From Candidatus Latescibacterota bacterium (GTDB lineage: Bacteria > Latescibacterota > UBA2968 > UBA8231), in contig OZ242005.1 in assembly GCA_965204725.1 (NCBI GenBank), positions 4,896,001-4,960,000 of the forward strand: DNA of 64,000 bases, given 5' to 3'. Made by a program: the position numbers and the translations under genes. This document shows, piece by piece, positions 18,689 through 27,892 of this stretch. The notes beneath the pieces were generated by a model, which saw only the letters and a list, made by a program, of their open reading frames with translations, searched no databases and had not been told where the DNA came from. Each line of letters starts with the position of its first letter. Position 1 is the stretch's first letter.

Positions 18689-19714
18689 ATGAAACCTGTC
18701 CGCGTTGGCTGCATCGGCCTCGGCTGGATCACCCAAAGGGCGCACCTGCCGGCGTTGGCAGCCCTCGCCGAGGAAGGCCAAGTCGTTTTCCAAGCCTTTT
18801 GCGACAAAAGCGAGGAAACCCTCCAACAACAAGCAGCCGAGTACAAGCCTCGCTCGATCTATACAGATCACCACCAAATGTTCGCAGAGCAGCAACTCGA
18901 CGCGGTTTATTTGTGCATTCCGCCGACCGCCCACACCGACGAGGTGCTCATCGCCGCCGACCAAGGAGTCGCCCTCTTTGTCGAGAAGCCGCAGACCCTC
19001 GACCTAGGGCAAGTCGCCGAGTTCAACGCCGCCATTGCAAAAGCCGGCATCGTATCCCAAGTCGGCTTCGTCTATCGCTACGAGCCGGCTTCCGCGCCGA
19101 CTTGGGAGCTAGTGCAGAAGCGCACGCCGCGCCACGCCCAAATCCAAAACTTCTACAGCGGCCAGCCGATTCGCTACTGGACCAGCCGCTACGAACTCTG
19201 CGGCGGCTCCTTCGTGGAAAACACCATCCACAGCGTCGATCTGTTGCGCTACTTTCTCGGCGACATTGAGGCGGTCTCGGCCTTCTACGTCGAATCCCTG
19301 CCCGAAGAGCGCATTGAGCCGATGAATTTGCCCCACGTGTACAACGTCAACTACCGCTTTGAGGGGCGCTTGACGGCCAACGCCAGCGTCTCGCGGGTAA
19401 TGAACAATGTCGATTACGCTCGGCGCGAAATCCTCGTCATCAGCGATGACTCGATCATTGAGTGGAATCCGCAGCAGGTACGAGAAAACGGCGAGGTGGT
19501 GTGGGAAGCCGAGCAAGCACCGCAATCGCGGGGGGCTTTCTTTGCTCAGGCTCGCGCCTTTATCGCCGCGGTGCAAGCGGGCGATCCGGCCCTGCCGCGC
19601 AGCCCCTACGTTCCTTCGCTCAACAGCCTCGCCGCCGTTTTGGGGGCCAATGCCTCGGCCGAACGCGGCGGCGAGCGGGTCCTCCTCAGCGACCTAACCC
19701 GTGCAAACGCCTAG
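18689..19714 (+). CDS. Gfo/Idh/MocA family oxidoreductase
   Basis: VGCIGLGWI, FVEKP, IHSVDLLRYFLG; RBS GAGGAGG. Confidence 0.9.
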   Translation: MKPVRVGCIGLGWITQRAHLPALAALAEEGQVVFQAFCDKSEETLQQQAAEYKPRSIYTDHHQMFAEQQLDAVYLCIPPTAHTDEVLIAADQGVALFVEKPQTLDLGQVAEFNAAIAKAGIVSQVGFVYRYEPASAPTWELVQKRTPRHAQIQNFYSGQPIRYWTSRYELCGGSFVENTIHSVDLLRYFLGDIEAVSAFYVESLPEERIEPMNLPHVYNVNYRFEGRLTANASVSRVMNNVDYARREILVISDDSIIEWNPQQVRENGEVVWEAEQAPQSRGAFFAQARAFIAAVQAGDPALPRSPYVPSLNSLAAVLGANASAERGGERVLLSDLTRANA

Positions 19715-19731
19715 CCTAGGAGTAACTCGCC

Positions 19732-21225
19732 ATGCAGCCCCAACCCACGCCCTTTCTAGACTGGTATGGAGTCTGGCCCTCCCATCGCAAGCTCGAAGAC
19801 GACGGCTCCGTCTGGTCGCAAGACCCGCCCCAAGGCATTGAGCTGACGCCCGAGCTGGCGCGCAAGTCCGCAGTTTTTTTCCACAAGGAGCGCCCGTGGG
19901 AGCAAGGCGCCAATCTCCACATCAACGCCATGCTACACGCCGAAGGGCGCTATCGCCTCTGGTACGGGGTGCAGCGCTTGGACGATATTGCCCGCACCTA
20001 TGTCTGCTACGCCGAAAGCGACGATGGGTTTGCTTGGCAGCGGCCGGACTTGGGCTTGTGCGAGTACGAAGGCTCGACCCGCAACAACATCATCAGCACC
20101 GGCCAAGACCATCCCCTCGGCTCGGTGTTCATCGACCCCAGCGCCCCGGCGGCCGAGCGCTACAAGGCCGTCGGCCCGGGGGCGCGCTACTTCCGCCATG
20201 GCCAGCCCGACCCGGACATGGACTCTGCGCGCTTCAAGGCCCTGCTCGTGGCCCGCGACTTGGGCGATGTGTCGGCCGGGGAAAAGGCCCGGGGGATTGA
20301 GATTCGGCAGCAGCTCCACGGCGCGACCTCGCCCGACGGCATCCACTGGCAAAACCTCAGTGTCCCCGTCTTCGACGCCGGCGCGACTCAGCTAGACACC
20401 CACAACCTCTGTGTGTATGATCCGCACCAAGGGCAATACGTGGCGTACTTGCGCGGCCATATAGACCGGCGGCGCTTGGTGCGCCGCGTCTCGGGCGCGC
20501 GGTTTGCCGCCTTGGCCGAGCCGCGTCCCTGCCTCCTGCCCGACCCTTTGGACCCGATTGATGACGACATCTACAATCCCTGCTACACGCCGTATCCGGG
20601 CGCGCAGCCGCGCTATCTGATGTTTCCGTCGATATACCATCGGATCGCTTCTACGGTGGATGTCCAGCTCGCGGTCAGCCGCGATAGCCACCAATGGGTG
20701 CGGCCCTTCCGCCAGCCCATCATCGACCTCGCCTACGAAGGGGGAACTTATGGTCAGATCTACGCCAGCCCGAATCTCATCGCCGCGGCTGGCACTTGGC
20801 GGCTGCCTTTTAGGGGCTACCAACGCCGCCACGACTTCCTCCGCCGCGGCGCGGCGTACCCCGAGGACGGGGAATTTCGCTGGGCCTGTTGGGAACCGGA
20901 TCGGCTCGCGGGGATCGAGGCCCAAGGCGAGGGACGGGTCACGCTCATTGAGCGGCCCTGCGGCGGCCGCGCCCTGCTGCTGAACTTTCGCACGGCTCCA
21001 GACGGCTGGATTAAGGCCGAAATCGTCCAGACCATTCACACGCCGCCCCAGCCGGTAGAAGCCTATCCCGGCTTCTCGCTGGCCGAGGCCGAGCCGCTCG
21101 CGGGCGATTCCATTGCCGAGGCGGCGCGCTGGCAAGGCCGAGCCGATCTAGCGGCCCTCGCCGGCGAAAAGGTCGGCCTCCGCTTTCATCTGTACAAAGC
21201 CAAGCTGTTTTCGGTATCTATTTGA
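19732..21225 (+). CDS. Hypothetical protein, glycoside hydrolase-like beta-propeller (GH32/43-like)
   Basis: Asp-box-like motifs YAESDDGFAW, ATSPDGIHW, VSRDSHQW; C-terminal beta-rich domain. Confidence 0.6.
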   Translation: MQPQPTPFLDWYGVWPSHRKLEDDGSVWSQDPPQGIELTPELARKSAVFFHKERPWEQGANLHINAMLHAEGRYRLWYGVQRLDDIARTYVCYAESDDGFAWQRPDLGLCEYEGSTRNNIISTGQDHPLGSVFIDPSAPAAERYKAVGPGARYFRHGQPDPDMDSARFKALLVARDLGDVSAGEKARGIEIRQQLHGATSPDGIHWQNLSVPVFDAGATQLDTHNLCVYDPHQGQYVAYLRGHIDRRRLVRRVSGARFAALAEPRPCLLPDPLDPIDDDIYNPCYTPYPGAQPRYLMFPSIYHRIASTVDVQLAVSRDSHQWVRPFRQPIIDLAYEGGTYGQIYASPNLIAAAGTWRLPFRGYQRRHDFLRRGAAYPEDGEFRWACWEPDRLAGIEAQGEGRVTLIERPCGGRALLLNFRTAPDGWIKAEIVQTIHTPPQPVEAYPGFSLAEAEPLAGDSIAEAARWQGRADLAALAGEKVGLRFHLYKAKLFSVSI

Positions 21226-21304
21226 GATTGAGGCGAACTGCGAAAACCGCGCCGCAGGCATGACAATCGGATGGAGCGGCGAGACTTACCGCGACCTAGA
21301 GACG

Positions 21305-21529
21305 CTAATAGTTCCTCACCTCGATAGGCGTGAGACTGAACACGCGTGAATATCTTGCAGCGGTCTTAATGTCCCCTCGACGAAGAGCCTCTCGCACATC
21401 GTCGAGACGATAGGCGTCTTCAAGAGAAAGGTACGGGGACCATCCTTCCGGCTCTTCTAGTAGCTCTACGTTGACGGCTGCAACATAGTTTCCTTCGTGG
21501 ACGAGCTTCGTCCATTCCCTCTTATTCAT
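21305..21529 (-). CDS. Small conserved hypothetical protein (antitoxin-like partner of DUF4258 genes)
   Basis: MNKREWTKLVHEGNYVAAVNVEL...WSPYLSLEDAYRLDDVREALRRGD; RBS GGAGG; family recognised from memory. Confidence 0.65.
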   Translation of the reverse strand: MNKREWTKLVHEGNYVAAVNVELLEEPEGWSPYLSLEDAYRLDDVREALRRGDIKTAARYSRVFSLTPIEVRNY

Positions 21530-21609
21530 TTTCGCCTCCGCTTGAAAGCGGCTGTATCCCTTTTTGTCGTCGCGTCGGTGACGTCGTGGGGGGGGCCGGG
21601 GCGGGTGGA

Positions 21610-21864
21610 TTAGGGCAAGCGCAACAAGATCAGCGTCCCCAGCGCCACCAAGCTGGTTACTTGCATTCCAATCAACCAGCGGGTTAGCACGGAGATCTCT
21701 CGCCGCAGTTCGCTGCCTTGCGCGGCAATGGTTTGCTCGATGTGGTCTAAGCGGGTGTTGGTCTGGCGGCTTTGCGCGACGAATTGTTCGGCAGTGCCTT
21801 CTAGCTGGCTGAGGCGGCGGTCGTGGTCTTGCTCTTGGGTTAGGGGGAGGGGTTGTTCTGTCAT
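21610..21864 (-). CDS. Short coiled-coil protein with C-terminal membrane anchor (DUF1640/CCDC90-like), paralog A
   Basis: MTEQPLPLTQ...LTRWLIGMQVTSLVALGTLILLRLP; RBS AAAGGAG; paralog at 27078-27590. Confidence 0.8.
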   Translation of the reverse strand: MTEQPLPLTQEQDHDRRLSQLEGTAEQFVAQSRQTNTRLDHIEQTIAAQGSELRREISVLTRWLIGMQVTSLVALGTLILLRLP

Positions 21865-21926
21865 GGTTCGCTCCTTTGGTGGGAGGGTTCGGGGGGAAGG
21901 CCGGAGAGCGGTTCGGCCATACTTGC

Positions 21927-21956
21927 AAGATAAGGGAAAATGAGGGGGTGTGTCAC
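21927..21956 (-). promoter_or_regulatory. Putative sigma70 promoter of paralog A
   Basis: GTGACA-N18-TATCTT; conserved upstream of paralog B (GTGACG-N17-TATCTT, 27664-27692). Confidence 0.5.
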
Positions 21957-21960
21957 GTCT

Positions 21961-22000
21961 AGAAAGAAAAATGGGGCCTCTGGCTGAGAGAGGCCCCATT
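21961..22000 (-). terminator. Rho-independent terminator of the giant surface-protein gene
   Basis: AATGGGGCCTCT/AGAGGCCCCATT 12-bp stem followed on the minus strand by a U-rich tract. Confidence 0.8.
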
Positions 22001-22020
22001 GCACGAACTTGGGGGGGCGG

Positions 22021-22046
22021 TGGATTCCCGCGTGCGCGGGAATGAC
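22021..22046 (-). repeat. REP-like palindromic element, copy 2
   Basis: TGGATTCCCGCGTGCGCGGGAATGAC is the exact reverse complement of 8037-8062. Confidence 0.8.
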
Positions 22047-22082
22047 GGGCGGCGGCGGAACCGGCCCCCTGACGGATACTGG

Positions 22083-25000
22083 CTACTTGAGCAACAGCAT
22101 CTTTCTGACGGCGTGGAACTCGCCGCCGGCTTGCAAGCGGTAGAAGTAAATCCCCGCCGACAGGCTTTGGCCGTTGTCATTCGTCGCGTCCCAAGCGACT
22201 AGGTAGCGTCCGGCACTCTGATGCTCGGCCACCAGCGTCCGCACGACCTGACCGACGACATTATAGACCGTTAGCTGCACGTCCGCCGACTGCGGCAGGG
22301 CGTACTGGATCGTCGTCGCCGGGTTAAAGGGGTTCGGATAGTTGGTGGCGAGCGCGAAGGCGGTGGGGCGCGTTTGGAGCTGCATTGTTACGCTGGCACC
22401 TAGGGCGTCCGTAACCGTGTAGATGTAAACGGGGGAGCCTTCGGACTGCGGCGTCCCCGAAATCGTCTGCGTTGCAGCGTCAAACGACAAACCCGCCGGT
22501 AACTCTGGTGAAAGGGTGTAGGTCAGCGGGGCGGTGCCGCCGGTGGCTGAAGGCAGCGAGAAGGCAGTGACCGGCTGGCCGACAGCGAACTCGGGGATGG
22601 AAGCGTCGGCGTCGGCGGAAGCGGTTGGGACGAGCTTACCCGCGCCGAAGAATACGAGGTCGAAGGTTATCTCGGCGTTGACTGTGATGGAGAAGGTCAA
22701 CGTGGCGGAGGCACCGGTGCCGTCGGCGGCGGTGTACGTGATTTCGACAGGTTCGTCGGTGGCGGCGTCGGGGGTGCCGGAAAGGGTGCGGGTGGCAGCG
22801 TCGAAGGACAGGCCGGAAGGCAGGTCGGAGACGCTATACGCGATGTCGCCGACGCCGCCAACTGCGGCTGGGAGTTCCATAGCGCTGATCGCTGTACCGG
22901 CGGTGTACTCTTGGTCGTCAATGGATGTGCCGTCGGCGAAGGCGAGAGGGGTGGCTTCCGGGGGAAGCGGGGTCTCTGTGCCGTCGGCGAGCGTGATGTG
23001 GGCGGAGGCACTCGTTAGGCCCTCAGCAGAAGCGATGAGGGTGATCGTCTCGTTGCCTTCGTCCTCGTTGTCGGCGGTTGGGTCGATTAGGAACGTGAGG
23101 GAAGCGGAAGTCGAACCGGCCGGGATGACTAGCGAGGGATTGAACAACGCAGAGTAATCTAAATCGCGGGTGGCAGCCGACTCCGGATCAATGGAGAGGG
23201 TTACGGTTGCCGCGGCGTCGAGAGCTTTGCCGTCTAGCATGGCGGTGACGGTCAGTTGCGTTACGCCGGCGTCCTCGCTGAGGGTGTGGGGCGTTACCTC
23301 CAGCGACAGGGACGTGCTCGGCGTTTCGTCATCGGCGATCTTGATGTCCGTCCGTGCCGAGCCGCCCGAGGCCGACGCCTCCACCCCCAAGTACTTATTG
23401 CCATCAACCTCCGCGTTGTCGAGGGGGGTCAAGGTCAGCATCGTCCGGCCTTGCGTCTCGCCCGCCGCAATGACGACTGAGCCGCCTAGGACAGCGGTGT
23501 AATCGGCGTCGCGCACGGCTGGCGTCCCCGTGCTGGGAGCGGCAATCGTGAAGAGGATGGTCTCGGCTTTGGCTGAAGGAGCGGCCAACGTTGCCGTTAG
23601 GAGGATGGCGGTGGTCTCGCCGTTCTCGCGGATAGACGAATGGGTCGAGGTGATGCTGGCGACGCGCACGGTGGCGGGTGGGGCCGTGCCGATCTCAAAG
23701 GTCAGGCTGAGGACGGCGGTGTTGACTGGGTCGGGGGCGCTGTCGATGACGGTGTACACGACGGTGGCGTCGCCTGCCGTCAGCGGCGTGCCCGAGAGCG
23801 TCCGGGTTTCTGCGTCGAAGACCAGACCGGCGGGCAGGGTGGCGGACACGCTGTAGGTCTTGTCGCCAATGCCGCCGGTGGCCGCGGGTAGGACATACGG
23901 CTCAATGGCCGTGCCGACGACGTACTCAAACACGGTGGAGACGACGTCGACGTCCTCGTCGAAAACGAGGCCGCCCGGGGCTGTCTCTGGGTCGCCGTCT
24001 TTCAGGGTGATGACGGTTGTGGTGACCGTCACGTCCTCGTCGTCGTCGTTCTTGACCGGGCTTTTTAGGGCGGTTAGGCCGATCTTTTTGTCGCCGCCAG
24101 CGAGGGGGGTAACGGACACAGTGGTCGTGCCGCTGATCTCGCCAGCCGGGATCGTCAGCCCGCGCAAGATCGCCGTGTATTCGGTGTCGCGGGTGGCGGC
24201 TTTGTCGGCGTCTGTGTCGGTGGTGACGACTAAGACTATGTCCACGTCCTCGTCGAAGGATTGGCCGTCTAACGTGCCGGTGATCGTGACGTTGTTGGCG
24301 CCGGTGCCAGCCTTGACTTCGGCGGGACTGGCCGTCAGCATGATCTGTGTGCTCTGCGTCTCGTCATCTACAATGGTAATAGTCTCGGTGACCTCGGGGG
24401 CGTCGTCCGCGCTGCCGATTGTGGCGACTACGTTGAATGTCCGTGCGTCGTTCACCACCTCGTTATCGACCGGGGTGAGAACCAGCGTGGTTGAAGCGGA
24501 GGTTTGGCCTTCGGGAATGACGAGATCGCTCAAGACGGCCGTGTAGTCTATGTCGCGGCGACCCTCTTGCGGAGTGATGGTGAATGTCACCCGCGTATCC
24601 GCTGATGTGGCGGCCTTCAAGGTGACCTTCAGGGCGATTTCTTGCCGACCGGCTCCCTCGCGGATCGTTGAAGGCGTGGCGGTCAGGCCGTCGGTCGCGT
24701 CTTTGAAGGTGACAACGGGGGTGTCCGTTATCTTAAAGAAATGGGGGGGCAACTCAATATACTGCGGCAGTAAGCTTTCAACTAACACAAACCTCGGATT
24801 CGACGTAGGCCACTCATCGGGATGGTCAGCAGCCGGGGAGCCCCACGGAACAGTGGTGCTAAACTGAGGACCCCGGTCAGCGATCCAAGGCACCCTAGAT
24901 GGCTGATTGCCTGGAGGATATACCGCAGCCATCAGCAGGGCTCCGCTGTCGCGGTTGTCTTGGCGGGTGGCTGATCCTGCGACTACTTGGCCAAATAGGA

Positions 25001-26498
25001 TAAACTCACGAGCAATCCCGAAATTTTGTTGAACAGCATCCATCAAACTACCAAAGTTTATGGCAGCACCAGCGTTCGCAGCAGGATCAACCACCCCATT
25101 ACCGTTCAGGTCGACGCCGATTCTCGCTTCCCGAATAAGGCCGTCGCAGCGGCCATCAAAGTTGAGATCGTGTTGAGAGAGGGGGCCGGAGGTCGTGGGG
25201 GTACAGCCTAGACCTTCTTCTGAAAAGAAAACGGCGCGGTCGGGCCGTAGAGTCGAACTATCCTGATAACGATCCATTTTACTAAGAGCCAGCGAGTCGC
25301 TCATGTCCCCATCGAGGTTCAAGTCAATGCCGTTGACGACCAGCCGCTCCGTCCCCGCCGCGAGCGCGATGTAGCCAACCTTGCCTTTGGGATCGATGGT
25401 AATCGTCGCCTTCCCCGACGGCTTATTCCGGCGTATGGTTAGCGATGCGGACGTCGTCGAGTAATCCGTGTCGCGCGTCAGGATACTGTCCGCGGTAAAA
25501 CCCAACGGGAAAGCAGCGCGAGCGCAGTTTCCTCTATCGACGCAGCCAAGATCGACCTCCGAGCCTGTCTTAAAGGACAAAGTAAAGGTTTGGTCCGACC
25601 GCAGCGTACCGCCGTTTAAGGTCGCGGTCACGGTAACAGGAGTCGGCCCTGCGTCCTTGCTGAGACTCGCGGGCGAAAACGAAAAGTTTACCAGATTGGC
25701 TAGCTTTTCGTCGTCCGTTACGCGAATCTCCGTCTGCTTAACCGGCTCGCTACCGGCAAGGCCGTCAATTTTGATGATGAGATCGGGATAGCGGCGGTGG
25801 GGGCGGCTTTGGCGGGCTTGCCATTCTGTCAAGTCGCCAACATCAAAATAGTTGATGGAGAGATCGTCAAGGCCAAAAGGAATGGTGAAGTCATCATAGG
25901 TATTATAAAGACCGCGGTCGTCGTTATTGACCGGCGTGAGGATAATGGTGCCGGTCGCCTTTTTCTGGTCCTTCGGAATGACGAGCGTCGGCAGCGTGAT
26001 GGCGAATTGGCTATTGACATGGGCGCGACTATTGAGCCAGTCTTTCCAATCCCCCCCCGGCCTAATATTGGCCGCAATCGAACCTGTCCCTGTGTTCGCA
26101 GTGCCATAGGCCCACCACGGAGCGAGCGGGGCTATATAGTCCCCCCCCCCCGGGTACACAAGCACAACACGACCATGTTCATCTATTCTTCTTCTGCCGG
26201 AGTTGTCGGCGTTGCCGGGGAAGAGATTCCCTACTCCGTTGGGGAGGAGATTCGTTGCGGCACTTCTGAGAAACTTGGCCCCGAGTTTCAGGGACACCGC
26301 CGTATTTGCGGTTACTTTGGCGTCGCTTTCGGCGGTTACGGTAATTTCGGTTCGTCCGTCCTCCTCGCGTATCAGCGGTTTATCGACCGACAGCGTAATC
26401 GTCGCTGCCGCCGAGCCAGCCCACCCCAGCACCAAGCTAACAGCCAGTAACCAAAAGCCGAAGGAGTAGGGCCTCATAAGAGACTTTATAGGCGTCAT
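22083..26498 (-). CDS. Large secreted surface protein (1471 aa) with Calx-beta-like and putative-Ig (He_PIG) repeats and C-terminal FlgD-Ig/T9SS-like domain
   Basis: Signal peptide; repeated RD.DYTA...L.IP.G...T.LTP.DN modules; three LPAGL.FDA.T.TLSGTP He_PIG-like units; NYPNPFNPATTI...GIYFYRL...RKMLLLK. Confidence 0.9.
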   Translation of the reverse strand: MTPIKSLMRPYSFGFWLLAVSLVLGWAGSAAATITLSVDKPLIREEDGRTEITVTAESDAKVTANTAVSLKLGAKFLRSAATNLLPNGVGNLFPGNADNSGRRRIDEHGRVVLVYPGGGDYIAPLAPWWAYGTANTGTGSIAANIRPGGDWKDWLNSRAHVNSQFAITLPTLVIPKDQKKATGTIILTPVNNDDRGLYNTYDDFTIPFGLDDLSINYFDVGDLTEWQARQSRPHRRYPDLIIKIDGLAGSEPVKQTEIRVTDDEKLANLVNFSFSPASLSKDAGPTPVTVTATLNGGTLRSDQTFTLSFKTGSEVDLGCVDRGNCARAAFPLGFTADSILTRDTDYSTTSASLTIRRNKPSGKATITIDPKGKVGYIALAAGTERLVVNGIDLNLDGDMSDSLALSKMDRYQDSSTLRPDRAVFFSEEGLGCTPTTSGPLSQHDLNFDGRCDGLIREARIGVDLNGNGVVDPAANAGAAINFGSLMDAVQQNFGIAREFILFGQVVAGSATRQDNRDSGALLMAAVYPPGNQPSRVPWIADRGPQFSTTVPWGSPAADHPDEWPTSNPRFVLVESLLPQYIELPPHFFKITDTPVVTFKDATDGLTATPSTIREGAGRQEIALKVTLKAATSADTRVTFTITPQEGRRDIDYTAVLSDLVIPEGQTSASTTLVLTPVDNEVVNDARTFNVVATIGSADDAPEVTETITIVDDETQSTQIMLTASPAEVKAGTGANNVTITGTLDGQSFDEDVDIVLVVTTDTDADKAATRDTEYTAILRGLTIPAGEISGTTTVSVTPLAGGDKKIGLTALKSPVKNDDDEDVTVTTTVITLKDGDPETAPGGLVFDEDVDVVSTVFEYVVGTAIEPYVLPAATGGIGDKTYSVSATLPAGLVFDAETRTLSGTPLTAGDATVVYTVIDSAPDPVNTAVLSLTFEIGTAPPATVRVASITSTHSSIRENGETTAILLTATLAAPSAKAETILFTIAAPSTGTPAVRDADYTAVLGGSVVIAAGETQGRTMLTLTPLDNAEVDGNKYLGVEASASGGSARTDIKIADDETPSTSLSLEVTPHTLSEDAGVTQLTVTAMLDGKALDAAATVTLSIDPESAATRDLDYSALFNPSLVIPAGSTSASLTFLIDPTADNEDEGNETITLIASAEGLTSASAHITLADGTETPLPPEATPLAFADGTSIDDQEYTAGTAISAMELPAAVGGVGDIAYSVSDLPSGLSFDAATRTLSGTPDAATDEPVEITYTAADGTGASATLTFSITVNAEITFDLVFFGAGKLVPTASADADASIPEFAVGQPVTAFSLPSATGGTAPLTYTLSPELPAGLSFDAATQTISGTPQSEGSPVYIYTVTDALGASVTMQLQTRPTAFALATNYPNPFNPATTIQYALPQSADVQLTVYNVVGQVVRTLVAEHQSAGRYLVAWDATNDNGQSLSAGIYFYRLQAGGEFHAVRKMLLLK

Positions 26499-26922
26499 TA
26501 TTCAACCTTTCGTTAGAAGTGTTTTTTTGAAATTGGGATTTGGCGACCTTGATTAAGCCGGCGCCGCAAAAATAGAGCCGTACAGACCACTACCAACCCG
26601 GCGCGAATAGAGCACCGCGCCTCAGTGCAGCGATCATCCGGCCCTCGATGGAACGTAAAGAGACTGTGGCTAACTGTGGATAATAGCTGAAAATGCGGGG
26701 GGGAGGGGGGGAGGTAACTGATTGTCTTTCAAGGAGTTACGACGAATTGTTAAGTCTTGAAATTGGAAGCAGGATCTGGTCATCGCGGCCGGCTGGCCCG
26801 CCGCCAACATCCTCTCATAATTCAGTTGATTTACCATCTTCCTGATTCGTCCCTGTTCATTCTGCTCATTCATAAAACACCAAAATATGCCGAAAAACCC
26901 CCGCCCGCAAAGGCCGCCCGTG

Positions 26923-27031
26923 TGTCCTGCTGAGCGAAGCCGAAGCATCTTTACATGCTTTCGAGGCCGTTATAAGGGATGTTCTGTATGGAGTGTTGGG
27001 TATGAGATACTTCGCTACGCTCAGTATGACA
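26923..27031. repeat. REPIN/MITE-like imperfect inverted repeat pair
   Basis: TGTCCTGCTGAGCGAAGCCGAAGCATCT (26923-26950) vs reverse complement of 27005-27031 TGTCATACTGAGCGTAGCGAAGTATCT. Confidence 0.7.
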
Positions 27032-27077
27032 GGAAGGCTGTGGTCGCGTCGCTGGCGACGTAGGGGCGGCGGCTAGA

Positions 27078-27590
27078 TCAGGGCAACCGCACCAAAATCA
27101 ACGTCCCCAACGCCACCAAGCTAGCGATTTGCATCCCAACCAACCACCGCGTCAGCACGTCAATCCGCCGACTTTGCACGGCAATCTCTTGCCGCAGGGC
27201 ACTCCCTTGCTCGGCGATGGTTTGCTCCACGCGGTCAAAGCGAGCGTTAGTCTGCTGGCCTTGTTCGGCGATCTCTTGCCGCAGTTCGCTGCCTTGGGCG
27301 TCGATACGGTTGCCTTGCTTGTCGATACGGATTCCTTGCGCGTCGATTGCTTGCCGCAGTTCGCTGCCTTGGGCGTCGATACGGTTGCTTTGCTCGGCGA
27401 TCTCTTGCCGCAGTTCGCGCCCTTGGGCGTCAATGCGGCTGCCTTGCTCGGCAATGGTTTGCTCCATGCGGCCTAAGCGGACGTTGGTCTCGCGGCTTTG
27501 CTCGACGAATTGTTCGGCAAGGCCTTCTAACCGGCCAAGACGGAGGTCGCGGCTTTGCGTTTGAGTAAGGGGGAGGGGTTGTTCCGTCAT
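27078..27590 (-). CDS. Coiled-coil protein with expanded repeat stalk and C-terminal membrane anchor, paralog B
   Basis: Same N- and C-termini as 21610-21864, plus internal RIDAQGSELRQEIAEQ-type repeats. Confidence 0.82.
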   Translation of the reverse strand: MTEQPLPLTQTQSRDLRLGRLEGLAEQFVEQSRETNVRLGRMEQTIAEQGSRIDAQGRELRQEIAEQSNRIDAQGSELRQAIDAQGIRIDKQGNRIDAQGSELRQEIAEQGQQTNARFDRVEQTIAEQGSALRQEIAVQSRRIDVLTRWLVGMQIASLVALGTLILVRLP

Positions 27591-27892
27591 GATTCACTCC
27601 TTTCGAGTGAGGGGTTCGGGGGGCTGTTTGGGTATGGCCTGAGAGCGTTTGGGCCATACTTGCAAGATAAGTGAAAACGAGCGGCGCGTCACGTCAGGTG
27701 TTGGGGCAGGAGGCTTTTGTGGGTTGCCGCCCCGTGTCGGGGCACGGGGAGACGGTCTTTCGCGGGAAGGACGAATCGAGTTCGGCCAGCCGCGCACCAA
27801 CCGCCCCGACCCTGAAAAGCAATCGCCGCACCTTGAGCCACCCGCTAGCCGCTCCGTATATTCTCAGCCCAATTCCAAACGAAAGTGCCTCT

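Noticed and set aside
21530-21928. 207-aa ORF extending the small gene at 21305
   Set aside because: The upstream part overlaps paralog A in another frame; an RBS supports the start at 21529.
21610-27590. Paralog pair as a diversity-generating retroelement TR/VR
   Set aside because: Differences are not adenine-specific and no reverse transcriptase is present.
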